Source of the DNA: Octopus sinensis
Lineage: Eukaryota
DNA length: 64,000 nt
Assembly: GCF_006345805.1 (NCBI RefSeq)
Contig: NW_021834231.1
Coordinates: 1-64,000 of the forward strand
Reading direction: 5' to 3'
Below the pieces are notes generated by a model. It saw only the letters and a program-made list of their open reading frames with translations, searched no databases and had not been told where the DNA came from. Positions 39,774 to 53,232 of the stretch are shown in pieces. Position 1 is the stretch's first letter; each line of letters begins with the position of its first letter. Position numbers and translations under genes: made by a program.

Positions 39774-39780
39774 CGAGTGA
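39027..39780 (-). mobile_element. Tandem duplicate (382-bp period) of an R4/Dong-like LINE 3' end plus microsatellites
   Basis: PIIVGVLGTVSKNLEKYMEQIG...LQETALLGTTRILRK at 39027-39253 and 39409-39635, apparently identical; (AAT)n tails. Confidence 0.82.
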
Positions 39781-40235
39781 GAGAGCAGTGCATGCCATCA
39801 AAGTGGCACTGGGGTACAAATATACGAAGCCCAGTATACCCGCCATGACTACCCCTCTGATAAGGGTACACCAGGCTCATGAATCACAGCCATATGTGCG
39901 TGACATAGTGAGCTCATATCAAGATAAGCAGCACATAACTTTGCAGGTGAGGTCCAGTTAGAATTTTCTTCTGGTCGAGTAACCCATCCCGCTCAAAAGG
40001 TCCCTAAATAAGGATTGTTTAAGGATGTTGAACGAACCACCGGTGTTACCAAAGGTGAATTATCCAAACAGCCAAGAATTCCTTTCAACACACGGCTTTG
40101 ATACTCCCCCACTACTTCTGCTCATGATCAGAGACGCACATATCTTCAGCCACTAAGGGACATGCTCAACTGGTTAAGGTCAAACAACTGACAAGCATAT
40201 CTGTGGTATTGAGCAGAATATTTGCTTTAACCCAT
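39781..40235 (-). mobile_element. Unclassified interspersed repeat ending in (AAT)n
   Basis: GC-richer 450-bp block between (ATT)n arrays, ending ...GCATGCACTGCTCTCTCACTCGATAATAAT on minus; family assignment from recall only. Confidence 0.4.
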
Positions 40236-40262
40236 CTTTTATTATTATTATTTGCTGTAGCC

Positions 40263-40302
<40 letters not shown>

Positions 40303-40313
40303 TCCATTATCAC

Positions 40314-40364
<51 letters not shown>

Positions 40365-40492
40365 CATCATCATTATTATTGTTATTACTATTTTATTATA
40401 ATCATCATTATTATCATCATTATTGTTATTGTTATTATGATATTATTATTATTATTATTACTACTATTTTATTATTATCATTATTATTATTA

Positions 40493-40526
<34 letters not shown>

Positions 40527-40561
40527 CATTATTATTATTTTATTATTATTATCATTATTAT

Positions 40562-41005
40562 CATGGCAGAATCCCCAAGGACATACTCTACGGAGAGCTT
40601 GCTAGGGGTACTAGGTCTGTGGGTAGACCGATCTTACGTTACAAGGATGTTTGCAAAAGGGATATGAAGGCCTGCAACATCAACATTAGCGGTTGGGAGG
40701 CAGTCGCCGGCAACCGTGGAGAATGGCGACGTACAGTAAAAGAGGGTATACAGAGGAGTGACAGAAAGAGAGAGGAGAAATGAAAGAAAGGAAGAGACAT
40801 AAACAAGAGACCATGGCACTACAACCAGCCAGGAACAGTCTTCGCTACATTTGCAGTACCTGCCAGAGGGAGTGTTTGTCCATGATAGGACTACACAGCC
40901 ACAGCAAGAAATGTAACAGGAAATAAAATATAACAGCCGGACTAGACCTGGAAAAAAAAAATGCGCAACTCCATTGTCTCCCGAGACAGAAAGGATGCCA
41001 AACAA
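40562..41005 (+). pseudogene. RTE-clade LINE 3' end
   Basis: RIPKDILYGELA..RSVGRPILRYKDVCKRDMK; C-terminal CSTCQRECLSMIGLHSHSKKC; tail CCATTGTCTCCCGAGACAGAAAGGATGCCA. Confidence 0.82.
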
Positions 41006-41062
41006 ACAATTATCATTATTGTTATTATTATTATTATTATTTTATTATTATCATTATTGTTA

Positions 41063-41111
<49 letters not shown>

Positions 41112-41598
41112 CATCATCATTATTATTCCTTCTCTTTTATTATCTTATACATATATATGAGTGTCTGCGTGTATCTTTGTGTGTGTATGATTGTCTACAT
41201 TTTAACAGAGGTATATGAATATATATTTTGCATTTTTGTGCAAATGGATTTAGTTTCTAAGGTGAGACAATTTGGAATCATCATAAAACTCCTCTTTTGC
41301 ATAACTGATATTTCTACTACTACTGGTTGTGTTGTGACTACTCAGCGCATATTATTCATGCTATCGTTTTTATTACAATATTTATATATTTTTAATGTAA
41401 AATCGTTTATTATCCATTAATCGTCTATACTTCAAAGGAGGCATGGTTTCTCATTATTCATTTATTTGCTTATATTTAATTCACGATGAAATCTTACATG
41501 TGTCTGAAATATTAAAATATTCTTTCCTAAAAATTCTATCGATAATAATTATAATAATAATAATAATAATAATATAATAATAATAATAATAATAAAAT

Positions 41599-41668
<70 letters not shown>

Positions 41669-41672
41669 TAAA

Positions 41673-41782
<110 letters not shown>

Positions 41783-41829
41783 GAAGAAGAAGAAGAAAGA
41801 AGAAGAAGAAGAAGATGATGAAGAAAAAG

Positions 41830-42425
41830 TATGACAGAGTTGGAACCTACATACACAGGAAGCTATGCCAACATTATGGGATAACAACAGAAAAAAGATG
41901 GTATAGGCACACACCAGAAAAGGTCACAGAAAACGAGAAAGCAACCATACTCTGGGATATGCCGATACACACAGATAGAGAAATTAAGGCCAACAGACCA
42001 GATATAGTTGTCAGAGATCATGAAGAAAAAAATGCTTTCTAATTGATGTATCAATACCGGCAGATGACAACGTGTCTCTAAAAGAAATGGAGAAACTTTC
42101 AAAATACAAAGACCTAGAAATAGAGGTAACCAGAATGTAGAATCTAAAAACAGAAACAATTCCTATCATAGTAGGTGCATTAGGCATGATAAAAAAATAT
42201 TCAGACAAATACATAACAAAAACACCAGGACTTACAAACACATATAACATACAGAAAATTGCACTACTAGGCACTGCACACATCCTACGCAGAACACTTT
42301 CCATACAATAACCATCAGAGCATCACAACAAATCACAGCACATACCCAAGGCACACAGAGCTGCGCTCGGTAGTGAAGTGAAAGCACGCTATAAAAATAA
42401 AACTACTGAATAATAATAATAATAA
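41830..42425 (+). pseudogene. R4/Dong-like LINE 3' end with restriction-like endonuclease domain, in (AAT)n
   Basis: DRVGTYIH, ILWDMPIHTDREIKANRPDIVV, IDVSIP, KYKDLEIE, PIIVGALG, QKIALLGTAHILRR; ends ACTACTG(AAT)n. Confidence 0.88.
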
Positions 42426-42491
42426 TGCCAGTAGGCCATACATTATACGCTTTTCTACTCGAGGCACAAGGCCTGAAAGTTTTGGAGAGGT

Positions 42492-42665
42492 GGGTGCAGT
42501 CGATTAGATCGACTCCAGTACGCGACTTGTGCTTAATTTATCGAACCCGAAAGGATTAAAGGCAAAGTCGACCTCGGTTGAACTTGAACTTAGAATGTAA
42601 AGACAGACAAAATACCGGTAAGCATTTCGCCCAGCGTGCTAACGTTTCTGCCAGCTCACCGACTT
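42492..42665 (-). mobile_element. SINE-B, head and core only
   Basis: GGTGAGCTGGCAGAAACGTTAGCACG...GGTCGACTTTGCCTTTAATCC. Confidence 0.75.
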
Positions 42666-43039
42666 AGGCCAGGCAATATACTGAAGGACCTTAGACAAGC
42701 ATCATGCTTCCTCATCGATATGACTGTCCCAATCGACATAAATGCATGTCAAGACCTACCAAACACTGAGCAAGTATAAAGACCTTGAAATAGAAGAAGA
42801 AGAAGAAGAAGAAGAAGAAGAAGAAGAAGAAGAAGAAGAAGAAGAAGAAGAAGAAGAAGAAGAAGAAGAAGAAGAAGAAGAAGAGTAGCAAACAACATGA
42901 CCTTGTGAAGCGAGCTTCCGGGAAGCTAGATCAAACGTGAAACCATCACGAAGCAGGAATTAAGAACCCTAAAAAAACAATGAAAGTAAGCTGTGATTTA
43001 ATGTAAGTCATCTCCGGAAACGGAAGGGTGTTTTTCCTC

Positions 43040-43440
<401 letters not shown>

Positions 43441-43565
43441 AGGAAATAGCTTCCTTCAGATGCGCCGCCGCTGCAACAAGTGCCTGAAAATATAAACGGA
43501 TGATTGCAATACCAATACCTCTATTCGAAAATTGCAAAACTGTGAGGAAAATTCTAATCACAAAT

Positions 43566-44209
43566 AATAAATACTTGGGCAGTATCGTTACTTAAATACT
43601 GAGCAGCGTTTGTAGGTTGCACAAAAACTGAATTTTTAAAGCTAGACAGAATTAGGTAGGAATTCAATATGAATGGAGGACTCCAAGAGCAGGTGTAGCA
43701 AGATTATGCTTTCTTAGAAAGGAAAGTGGAAGAGGGTTAATATCAGCAGAAAACTGCGTGGAGTTAGCTGGAGAAGATGTAGGTAATAGTAAAGAAAATT
43801 TATTAAGAGCTGCTAGAGTCACAGCAAGACATAGGGAAATCTAAAAAAAACGAAACGAAGTTAAAAACCAGAAGAAATAGAACAGAAATTATCTGACTGG
43901 AAGAAGAAGGCTCTGCATGGCAGATCCCCAAATGTAGTTGCAGCAAATAGCAATAGTGTTATAGGATTATATTAGGCACATTAGGTATGATAAAAAAAAA
44001 ACGTTCAGACAAGTAAATAACAAAAATACTAGGACGAACATGTATATATAACATACAAAAAATAGCACTAATACGTACTGCACATTCCCTGCGTAGAACA
44101 TATTCAAAACAGTGAAAAGAAGAGCATCACAACAAACCACAGCACATAGCCAAGTCTCACAGAGCTGTGTTCAGTACTGCAGTGAAAGCACGTGATAAAA
44201 ATAAGACTA

Positions 44210-44230
<21 letters not shown>
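43566..44230 (+). pseudogene. Second R4/Dong-like remnant (post-RT joined to 3' end, internally deleted)
   Basis: INTWAVSLLKY, W.KKALHGR, GTLGMIKK, IQKIAL; 3' UTR homologous to 42310-42410; (AAT)n tail. Confidence 0.75.
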
Positions 44231-44263
<33 letters not shown>

Positions 44264-44334
44264 TTATAATAATAATGATGATGATGATGATGATGATATG
44301 ATGATGATGATGATGATGATGATGATAACAGGGA

Positions 44335-45615
44335 AGGAGAAAGTAACCTTTAGAAACTCCCCTCTCATGGAAGTTGAACACTTTTAGAAATATATTTGGA
44401 GTGATGAAAAGACTTAAAATGAAAATTTAGACTGGATTATACGCACAGAAGGATCCGACCGAAACGTGCCATAGCAAGCATGGGAAACATACCTAAGGAT
44501 GACACTTACGGAAGCTCATAAGTAGAAATTCCCTGGTAATGATAGGGTGCCAAGTTTCTGGCTCGCATCGCTCCCCTGCGCCCACGGAAAGTTAGTCCAT
44601 TTATTCAATGAAATTATGAGAGATTCTAGGAAAACACCTGATTGGTTAGAAAGAGGTACTACTTATCTACTCCCGAAGAATAATGAAACCAAATCTCCAC
44701 AAAACTATTGGCCCATAACATTTACCACGTATAAAATTTTAACGTCCATCCTCGTAGAGAAAAAATACAAATTTATGGTACAGAACGATATTTTCCCCAC
44801 TGAACAAAAGGGGTGCCGACGAAGCTCATATGGATGCAAAGACCGATTCTTAATCAATCGCATGAGCCTTGAGACGTATCATAACAATCACAGAAATCTC
44901 AGTTCTGCTTGGATTGATTATAAAAAGGCCTTCGACAGCATTACCACATTCATGGATCTTGAAATCGTTAGATAGTCAGAATTTCTCCGGTGATTTCAAA
45001 CTTCCTTAAGTACATGTCAGTGTGGAATACGAATCTCCAATTATGCCACCTTAATGGAGTACTGATCACAAAAATCAATAATATCAACTGCGGCATTTTC
45101 CAAGATGACACACTTTTGATTTTTTGTATAGCCCTAATACCATTTACAAGTGAACTTAACAGAACAGGGTATAGATATAGAATAGGCGACGAGAAAACAA
45201 ATCATATGTTTTATATGGATGAGGTAAAATGTTATGGCAAAGACTATAATGAGCTTGAAGGACTACTACATACTGTGAAAGCATTCAGTGATGACATTGA
45301 GATGGAATTTGGTCTTGATAAATGTATCAAGGCTTCTTTCCAAAAAGGGAAACTAAAGACCTCACATTCAGTGGTGTTGGATGTTGACGCAGGCATAAAA
45401 GAACTCGGGCAGGAGGAAACTTACAAATACCTCGGAATAAAGGAGAGCTCTGGCCTTCAGTATGCAAGTATGAAAGAGAAGATCAAGAAGCAGTGTTGCT
45501 GGAGAGTTCAAGCAATCCTAAAATCCGAGTTAAATGCACGTAACAAGGTGTTAGCTATAAATTCCTTAGCAGTTCCGGTTGTTATTTACAGTTTCAATGG
45601 GTTGAACTGGAATAT
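44335..45615 (+). pseudogene. R4/Dong-like reverse transcriptase remnant
   Basis: PDWL.RGTTYLLPK, NYWPIT, EQKGCRR..YGCKD, AWIDYKKAFDS, GIFQDD, HMFYMDEVK, MEFGLDKC, YKYLGI, NKVLAINSLAVPV. Confidence 0.85.
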
Positions 45616-45944
45616 CAGCAAAATATTCCAGTTCTTTATCTCCCCATTATTTTCTGTGATTACATTTTTTCATTTTCCTTTTTTTTCCTTTTTCTCTCTG
45701 TCTTTCTTCCTCTTTTTCTCTGTCTTTCTTCCTCTTTTTCTCTGTTACATGACTTTGTAAATGAACAATCTAGTGTGCTTAGCGCTTATTTTAATGGCTT
45801 GCCAATGTATACAGTGCGTTTCTCTGCCCTATGTGTCAAGAAGACACTCGGCGAAAAAAGGAAACAGAATTGAAAGATGATAATGAAAATAATAATAATA
45901 ACAACAACAACAACAATAATAATAATAGCAACAAAACAAATCTA

Positions 45945-46085
45945 CAACTAAGCAAAACAGATGTAGCATTTAAAAGCAATCCTACACTACCCAACCCAAT
46001 GCTACACACACAGCGGAATCAAAATCATAAAGTGAACGGTGCAGTAGAAACCTTCGTCAAACTAGTGGAAAACATATTAAAATGA
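45945..46085 (+). pseudogene. Possible Penelope-like ORF N-terminal fragment
   Basis: FKSNPTLPNP...NGAVETFVKLVENIL resembles the pre-RT region of Penelope-like proteins (recall). Confidence 0.3.
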
Positions 46086-46909
46086 AATTGTGATGATCAA
46101 AATCATTAAAACTTTGAAAATATGCATCTAAAATAATTTAATAATTCTTATACTCCCACGGTCAATCCGTTTCTAAAGAAATATGAAAGGAGATAAATTT
46201 AGTTTGGGATTTTAGATTTATTATGTACGACTATTCTCTTTTCCAAACAACATTTTACTTTGTAAATATGCCAGAATTTTCGTACATACTATCACAAAAT
46301 TATCTTCGATTTCAAATTGTGCAAACATTTTTGTTACGTGGACATATTTGCCAAAGATTTTCTTGCAAACTCTAGCTTAAAAATCAAACGCAATTTTCTT
46401 ATTTTGTTTCCTCCTTGTATTTAACTTAATGAGGCAAGAGAAATTGCTGAGCAAATTATTGGTTTAATTCAGCTAGACTTGTCTTGAACGGCAATCCTTA
46501 GTAAATCTAAAATGCGCAACCTCAATTATTGAGGCAAAATTGTGTTACAACAAATTACATACAGATCAATGGCTCACTAGACGTAGCCAGAATATGTTTA
46601 GCATTTCGTTTGATCGTTGCAGGAATTACAGAAATCTTACGCTTCTTGACAGTCTTGAGAATTATTCTAATGATTGATATAGGTCAGAGTTGTGCCAGGT
46701 TAAGAGAATTTTAGATTCTGCATAGAAGGAGAGGGAAATATAACTTCTCAGATATCCTTCTATATGATATTACAGCCTTAACAACATCAACAATAAACTG
46801 GAAAACAGGAATAAATGCTACATCTAAGGACTTTGCATGAACTCATTTGGAAAGCACAGACCTTTATTGCCATAATTTATGAAAACCTAACATAAAGATA
46901 ACACAGTTT

Positions 46910-47008
46910 ACTTATATATATATATATAATATATATATATATAATATATATATATATAAATATATATATGTATGTATATATATATATATATATTTATGTA
47001 TGTATATG

Positions 47009-47045
<37 letters not shown>

Positions 47046-47156
47046 GTATGTATATGTATGTATATATATATATATGTATATGTATGTATATGTATATATA
47101 TATATGTATATATATGTATATATATATATATGTATATATATATATGTATATATATG

Positions 47157-47214
<58 letters not shown>

Positions 47215-47250
47215 TGTATGTATGTATGTGTGTATGTATGTATGTACGTA
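46910..47250. repeat. (TA)n/(TATG)n array
   Basis: Direct reading. Confidence 0.95.
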
Positions 47251-47337
47251 TTATTAGGGTTATATATTCGTTTTGCAAAATGGCTGATCATTAGTAAGGA
47301 AAGACACACAAAAAAGAAAGAAGAAAGCAGCGGATCA

Positions 47338-47385
47338 CTGATGAGGTCACAGAAGTGTGACGAAAGAATTCTGGCCGAAATACGA
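47338..47385 (+). ncRNA. Hammerhead-like core, incomplete
   Basis: CTGATGA-G-GTCACA(GAAG)TGTGAC-GAAA-GAATTC; stem I and NUH triplet not convincing. Confidence 0.35.
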
Positions 47386-47589
47386 TTAATATAAAAAATA
47401 AGATAAAGCTGAAGCAAATGAACACCAAATATATAGTGCGTGTATTTTTATCAGTTAAACTGGCAACATGACCATCCCCAAATACAACAATACACACACA
47501 CATATATATATACACACAGACACATACATATATGAGTGTGTGCATGTGTCAGGTATATATACATGCTTAAATGTTTGTGTATATATATT

Positions 47590-47634
<45 letters not shown>

Positions 47635-48332
47635 GTATGTATATGTATGTATATATACATTTATATTAACATATAAGTATTCGTAAACCATTCTTATGTT
47701 TATAAACATTTATATACGCATACATACGTGCACGCGTGCATGCGTGAATGGACTTTTGTTTTTGAAATGAACATAATTTCTCAACGCATAAAATACCGCA
47801 TGCCTATATCTGGCAGTAAACTCATAGTATCAGTTTGCACATCACGAAATAATACTTAAAGGATATAATCAAAATTACCAGCAGGGTATATACTATACTT
47901 CATATATTATATCTTACTTTAGTTAATACCTATATTTATTTAATATGAAGGAACTACACGCGTAGGATTGTTGTTATTGTAGTAGTGAGCCTTCCATTTC
48001 ATTCTATCTATAAATTTTTTAGCTGGTTAATTAGGTCCTGTATATATTATTTCCTGCTGGGAATAGATATATCCTTCAAAGATGAGTTCCACTCTATCAT
48101 CTCAACCCTACCTGAAAGATCCATTTCTGACACATATAAGAAGTCCAAGTGGTAGAACCAATTGTATGATTAATATAAATAATTTGGGAAGACAAATTTC
48201 CAAATTAATTAAGTGCAACATTTCAGAGTTATATGCATCTACATATCACACTTTGGGGTATTATTTATCGTATATTTTTATATATTTACAACTTTTATAG
48301 CCAATATAATGAAATAAAGTAGTTTACTTACC

Positions 48333-50570
48333 TGTCTCGTGGTTAGACGTATTTTTTGGCGGTGAGTCAAACGTTTTGTTGAGTGCTGGATAATTTTTCT
48401 GTTGGAATTATTTATTGTTGAACATTTTCGAACTGTTGAACATTGTTGAACTGTTAAACTTTGAAAATGCTTGTGCTTTTTCCCGGTGACGAGAGAAAGC
48501 AATTGTTTGTGTAAAGCCATTTTTGCAATCGTGAACTGTTGAGATATTGAACTTGTTAAAGCCGTTGTAGACTTTATTGTCGTACCTACCACCAGCGGGG
48601 GTGGGATTCGAACTGTTATCGTCATTAAGAGGAAAAAAAATTATAGGTTTCCCGTTTCTAGGGATAATCAATTTATTATTGTGTGAAAATTTTAATTTTA
48701 GCCGTCGTAGGTTATACTGTGGCACCCCGCCCCTAGCGGGGTGAGATTTGAACTGTTGTCCTCGTTGTGAGAGAAAAAAACATATTATAGGTTTCCTGGT
48801 TTTTTTTGGATACCGTATTTTTATTCTTGTGTGAAAAATTGAATATCGACCGTTGTAGGTTTTGTTGTTATGGCTCGCTCCCCAGCGGGGGTGGGATTTG
48901 AACTGTTGTCCTCGTTGAGAGGAAAAAAAAGTAAAAAATTATAGGTTTCCCGTTTTCTAGTATTAAATTGTGCATAAATTTATTTCGAACGAATACGTCG
49001 ATCGAAGTAATTTCTGATAAAAATTCACTGGAAGAGCCAGTTAAGAAATTTTCAACAGTTACCGCGGTGGCTACTGAAAACGTCGAACTACCAAAGGGAA
49101 AGCTCTCAGAGTTTTTTGAAGAAATAAAAGAAGATGCGGGTGATATAAAAATATCACCCTCACCTAGTGTTGAAAAATTGAAAAGAAGGACAGTTGACAT
49201 AGATCTGGTCTGGACGGGTGTTGTCAATGCTAGGAAGGGCGAAGGCGGTGCAAATGTTTATAGCGTCGGTTACCACCTACCGCCTGGCCGTGGTGCTTTG
49301 CCCCGATTTGTGACTGAACAAGTTGGAGAGAATCCTTTTCCGCTTTTTGAGGAAGGGAGGGAATCCACTCGTGAAGCGCTCTGTCTGCTGCCAGAAACCG
49401 CTAAAGGGTGGGCTAAGGATGCTCTGGCTGAGGATGCGAAAATTCGCGTTAACGTTGAGGCACATCTGGCTTTACCTGGATGGGGATCAGGTGTGGTCAC
49501 CGCACGTCCGGTTCAACCTTCCGCAATTAACGTCCTTAACGGACATTGGGAATTGCATCAAGCAGAGACCTTGGCTGCGGGACTGGCAATTGGAGTGCCG
49601 CCAGGCACTTCAGCTACTCTCTCGGGCGGGCAATGCCGCCAATAGGAGTTCTACTGCGGATTTCTATAGTGGGTTAGTGGAGTTTAAGTCCGAAGCCTCC
49701 TTGGTGGAGAACCTGGGCTACGATGAAAATCAGTTGATCAACCTGTTCTGGAGAACTTTCGTGCCGGGGTATCAGGACAATTATCAGAAATCCCTGGCTT
49801 TGCAGTGCTTCCGTGCGGCGTTACCTGTTCTTGATAAACTGTCAAGGCACGGAAGTGCCTCGCCGACATGTCCGAGGTGCGGGCGGGACAGAGAAACCGT
49901 CTTGCACGCATTTTTGGAATGTCCGGAATTAACGAGACTGATAGTTTTCACAGAGCAACTGTTGTCATCGATGGGAAGAGTACAGCTATCGGCTGAGTCT
50001 ATCATTGAGATTGTGCCGCCTCCTTCCCTTAACAGGGAAAGGAAGGCTTACTTTTTCTGCGTAGTGGCCATACTGTAAGAAACAGTATGAAAGACGCGTG
50101 TGAGAGGCATAGTGACGGCTACTTTTGTATCCGGCCAGGGGTTGGTTAACTATTTTAGTTAGCACCTGAGTAGTAAATCATGTTGGAGAAGACGTATCTG
50201 TCACGAGATAGATTCATGAAAAGATGGAAGCCTGTGGCGAGGAAGCTGGGAGCGATTGGCACCAGATAAGTGGAGTCCCCCCCCAAAAAAAAGAAAGGGA
50301 AAGAGAAGGCAAGGGTTCCATCCTGGTGGTCGGGTGCCTTTCCTTCAGCGAAGTCATTGCAAATCGCAATGAGTAACATGTTATCATGTAATTGGTAATT
50401 AGTAATTTGTAAATTGTAATTTGTAAATAGTAATTTGTGATTTTCAAATTGTATGATAAATTTATCATCACAAATTTTTAAACGTTATGGCAGCTACTAC
50501 ACCTTTTTATGTTTGCCTGTCCGTGTTCGTCCCGTCTCTGTAATGCCTTCATGGCAAATTTTATGAAATA
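48333..50570 (+). mobile_element. Internally deleted (bipartite) Tx1-like element: 5' UTR plus ORF1 start fused to ORF2 C-terminus plus 3' UTR
   Basis: ORF1-like start about 48994-49195 switches to IWSGRVLSMLGRA...LERILFRF...CPRCGRDRETVLHAFLEC, homologous to 1689-2660; flanked by 20/24 direct repeats at 48309-48332 and 50563-50586. Confidence 0.8.
48561..48962 (+). repeat. Three 140-149-bp tandem monomers in the 5' UTR
   Basis: Units start at 48561, 48701 and 48850; each has CAGCGGGG(G)TG(G/A)GATT(C/T)GAACTGTT and TTATAGGTTTCC. Confidence 0.88.
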
Positions 50571-50965
50571 AAGTAGCTTGCCTGCCAACCACACATACAG
50601 GTGCATTCCCACTGCGTGACACCTTGAACAAGTGTCTTCCACTGTAGCCTCGGGTCGACCAAAGCCTTGTGAGTGAATTTGGTAGAAGGTAACTGAAAAA
50701 ACCGTCGCATATATATGTGTGTGTGTGTATGCGTGAATGTGTGTGTGTATGTGTGTGTGTGTGTGTGTGTATGTTTGTCCTCTCACCATCACTTGACAAC
50801 CAATTTTGGTGTATTCACGTCCCCGTAAGCTAGCGGTTCCGCAAAGGAGGCCGATAGAATAAGTACTACGCTTACAAAGACTAAGTCATAGGGTCCATTT
50901 GTTCGACTTAACACGGTACTCCAGCATAGCCGCAGTCCAATGACTGAAATGAAAGAATGAAAGAA
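50571..50965 (+). mobile_element. SINE family A lacking its first ~22 nt, joined to the Tx1-like 3' end
   Basis: Starts AAGTAGCTTGCCTGCCAACCAC, then the normal family A body and tail. Confidence 0.82.
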
Positions 50966-50976
50966 AGAAAGATATA

Positions 50977-51019
<43 letters not shown>

Positions 51020-51052
51020 GCATAAATATACATATATATGTATGTACGTATA

Positions 51053-51094
<42 letters not shown>

Positions 51095-51302
51095 TATATA
51101 CATATATGTATATATATATGTATACATATATATATATATATATATAATATAATATATACATACATGTATTTATGTTTATTATATATATATGTATACAAAA
51201 AATATATATATATATACATATATATATGTATGTATATGTGGTATGTATATATATAGATATATATATATATATATATAATATATATGTACATACATACATA
51301 AA

Positions 51303-51366
<64 letters not shown>

Positions 51367-51727
51367 AAACTTTTCATATTATGCACTATTTAACAAATTT
51401 ATTCGTTTATTTAATTTTAAATCTACAGCTGATGCTCAAAATGCCAGACGTTTGCTTAATATGAATTTAAACGTTCACACATGCATATTTAAACCCAGTT
51501 ACAAACAAAATCGATCCTTCTAATATTTTTACCTCATTCTTCTTAAGATTTTTCTTCCTGCTTCATTTCCTTCCTTGGATGCTATAACCTCGTTTGTCGA
51601 ATAATTTTTTTCTCATTATCAAGTAAGAAATCGAAGCTTTTAAATCAGATTTATAAACTTTCAACGCACGCAATCTCTCCCAATCTTTCTCCCTATTGAT
51701 CAGGTGATGTATATATGAATATATATA

Positions 51728-51950
51728 TATAGTTAATCCAAACATGAAAACACAAAGAGAAAATACAACAACGCGAGGACGTGGAACAAGTAAAGTGTTA
51801 TTGGACGTTCAGGAAAGGAAAGAAAGAAGGAGGATTTAACATTTCGAGCGGAGCTCTTCGTCAGAAACATGGGAAAAAGAAAGATCCAAGGAAGGGAAGA
51901 CGGAGCGAAATAAATGGCAAACGATACACAGCGGTCACATTTTAAATGTG
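51728..51950 (-). mobile_element. Hammerhead-bearing repeat (Penelope-type end), copy 1; motif at 51834-51868
   Basis: Near-identical to 63414-63600; GTTT-CTGACGA-A-GAGC(tcc)GCTC-GAAA-TGTT-AAAT. Confidence 0.75.
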
Positions 51951-51968
51951 ACATAGATAGATAAATAT

Positions 51969-52089
<121 letters not shown>

Positions 52090-53232
52090 ATATAGATAAG
52101 ATAGACAGATAAGATAAGATAGATAGATAAGATAAGATAGATAGATAAGATAGATAAAATAAGACACTTAAGATAGATAGATAAGATAGATAGATAAATG
52201 TGTGTGTTTGTATAACATCGCCTGAAAAATATATTCTTGAAATATGCAAGAAATGTATAGAGACATTGACATTTCTCATATTTAATATCTCTTCAACGTT
52301 ATTCAGTGTAAACGAAAGCAATACACACATACAATACTCCAGATTTGATCATTGTGTTAATATAATTGTAAGAAATATCCTGACCAATTCATCTACATAT
52401 GAAATAAATGGTATGTCTATCGATTTTCTTTGAAGGAAATATATCGTTACTTCGCATTGTCTTTCAGTTTGTCCTGTGTTTTCATATTCCAAAATTTATA
52501 TATTAGTCTCTGTTCCGCTATTGTGGAAATTGTGCTTCTTATAATCCTTACCGTTAGATTTAGGACCCATACATATGTATGTATGTGTGTTTTTGTGTGC
52601 AGCATGTGTTGTGCGTATTGAAAACGTGAACTGATGCATGTTAATGCGTTCGCTATAAGATGTAGGCTCATATAATATCTGACGACGATAAACGGAACAA
52701 AACAAAAATAATAAATCGCTTTCAAATTAAATATAATCCCATCCAATTGACAGTGATTATATATCTGCCTGGAACAGATTTCCCTCTGCATATATGCATA
52801 TATATTAGAAATTAAATGGAAATCCTCAAGAATGGTAAATTCAAACGCTATCAAGTCGTAGAACCAAAATTGAATAGTATATATAAATCAGTGTGATTGT
52901 GCGTGTATGTGTGTGTGTATGTACGTGCATACGTATACATATATATAATATACATGAAAATGCGTAAGGGTTTCCGATATGAAGTGCTTGGCTCTGTATT
53001 GGAAATGCCCTTCTTAAAGAGAGATCATTTCAACGAAATATATAATCTAGAATATTAAGTCAATTCATCTTCTGCTCAAGACAATACCGAAGCATATTCA
53101 TAAGGATTTTGTTCAGCGATTCTACAAGGTAAATCTTATAATTTATCTCGGTTCAAGTTGCTAAATAACCAAGTCTAAAACATGCTTATTTCATATTGGA
53201 GCTGTAGTTCCATAGTTTATAAAGGGTTGATT

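Noticed and set aside
48968-49645. 225-aa ORF as a novel protein
   Set aside because: Chimera of an ORF1 start and an off-frame reading of the ORF2 C-terminal region
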